Shown here in pieces: positions 62,501 to 64,000 of a DNA stretch of 64,000 nucleotides. Position 1 is the stretch's first letter; every line of letters starts with the position of its first letter. The notes beneath the pieces are model-generated. The model did not search any database. It saw nothing but the letters and a program-made list of their open reading frames with translations, and had not been told where the DNA came from. Both the position numbers and the translations under genes were made by a program. The DNA is from Podarcis erhardii (Eukaryota), in NCBI GenBank assembly GCA_964252035.1, contig OZ176204.1; one strand, written 5' to 3'.

Positions 62501-64000
62501 ATGTATGTCTTACAGTCTTAGACCCACTTGTTTGCTGATTGCTGGTACTTTGATACTTTTTTTGTCTCAAATGGTTGAAATTATTCTATTCATTTTAACT
62601 CTGGTATATTCCTTTTAAAAATGTTTTACTACTAAAAGCAACCCCATTTGCTTTCATCTATGGCTAGAAATATTCCAATCCACTTTTCATTACAACTAAC
62701 TCAAAGCTTCTTAGTGTTAGTGACATTAGGGACACTGTCCTCTTCCGGTTTGCAATAATTTCTACCTTTCTAAATGAGCAATTAACTTCCTATGATGCTA
62801 ATGGGCTTCTAACCGTAACACTAATGAAATCTTGTGGAGGACTGTCTCCTAAGCATCACAAAACAATATACTCTGGCTTCTCCTCAGATCGCATCAAATC
62901 AGTATCGTGTAGATTTATATATACAATATCGTGTAGATTTATATATATATATTCAATACGAGGGAGAAGGCTCCAACGTTTTGTTCAAGCTCCTTGAATA
63001 AAATATTAACTTCCATCCAGCGATCTTTAATTTTTTTTCAAACGGAAATAAAACCACCAGTAAGCATTATTAGAATTAGACATCCTAAGAGTTATTTTCT
63101 GGTTCCATTTTCCTAATCCTAATTCTATTTTCAAAATTAAGCACAATCCGTTAGGACCTTTAATTTCCATTTTTATGTGTAATGGGAGTTTTTCTGAATA
63201 CAAATCATGAATCATGCCACCTTTAGTCAGTCTTTTTTAATAAAGAATTTTCATGGGTGAGGAAGGAGCTTAAAAAGGCACTTTTCAACATTCATTTAAA
63301 AAATCAAATTCTACAATAAAGCAATACTACGATCATTGTATTTGCAGTCCAATGAAATTTCCCTATTAACCTTTAGGGCTGCCTGTTTACTAATATGGAG
63401 CAAGCCTAGCTTCTAGAAGGGCAGGGAATTTGCATACAAGATGACCTCTGGGCTCCTTTAGGAAGAACAGTGAGTTCGGGGGCTGCAGGGGCACCCCAGG
63501 GCATTTTCCAACAAGAAATATAATAAATAATAAATACTTAAAGTGTAGATTAGGAAAAAGGAGGATTGGCAAGAGACTAAAGGAAAGCATAGAGTATCAT
63601 CTTAAAAGAGGTATTCACCCTTCTTTCACACACCTATTTTCCTAAAATGACACCTGTGTATGACCTAAAAAGCAAGGAAAATATACTTCTTGGTGAAGAA
63701 ATATTGTTTTTACCTTTGTGCAAATTTAATCAATAGATTAACAATTATTTAAACTGCTGTCAACAAAAATCTGCTACTAAAATAGGAGGAAATAATTTTC
63801 TCTTGGACCCAGCAACATTGCCCCAGAGTGACAGAAGACTACTTAATAACTAATGGCTAATGATAAAAAATAAGAAAGGTAATGATACACAACAATCATT
63901 TTCCTTGCCTTTTCTCAAGACAAATGTTTCTACTAACACTGCTGCAGATGATAGCAACTGGGGTGTGAATGAGAGAAATGTTAAGCCTTAATAATGTTAA

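Noticed and set aside
61168-64000. Upstream USP54 exons (Cys box, VLWHLDIFRR)
   Set aside because: Not found on the minus strand; they lie right of the window.

Overview
Vertebrate genomic DNA from a squamate reptile (probably a lacertid lizard, inferred from its Sauria/Squam1 and Squam3-type SINEs). Two spliced genes lie in tandem on the minus strand. (1) USP54: 20 coding exons from 61167 to the stop at 22838 (4962 nt, frame-consistent across every junction), with a poly(A) signal at 22139-22134. Its start codon and catalytic-Cys exon lie beyond the right edge. (2) PPP3CB (calcineurin A beta): CpG-island promoter at ~17.3-18.1 kb and coding exons 1-8 (17694 to 3910); the gene continues off the left edge. 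The rest is intron/intergenic DNA with SINEs, L2/CR1 LINE fragments, TA-flanked Tc1/mariner-type MITEs, Penelope-like ends carrying hammerhead-ribozyme cores, DIRS-like remnants and microsatellites. I found no convincing wholly new multi-gene system. The best leads are a minimal hammerhead core in sense orientation in PPP3CB intron 8, a calcineurin A beta N-terminus without the mammalian polyproline tract, an in-frame alternative acceptor/possible poison microexon before PPP3CB exon 2, an alternative USP54 donor adding a PPPPP segment, a GC-AG intron, and head-on poly(A) signals between the genes. Family names and human comparisons come from memory, not database searches. Repeat boundaries are approximate unless a TSD or TIR is quoted.
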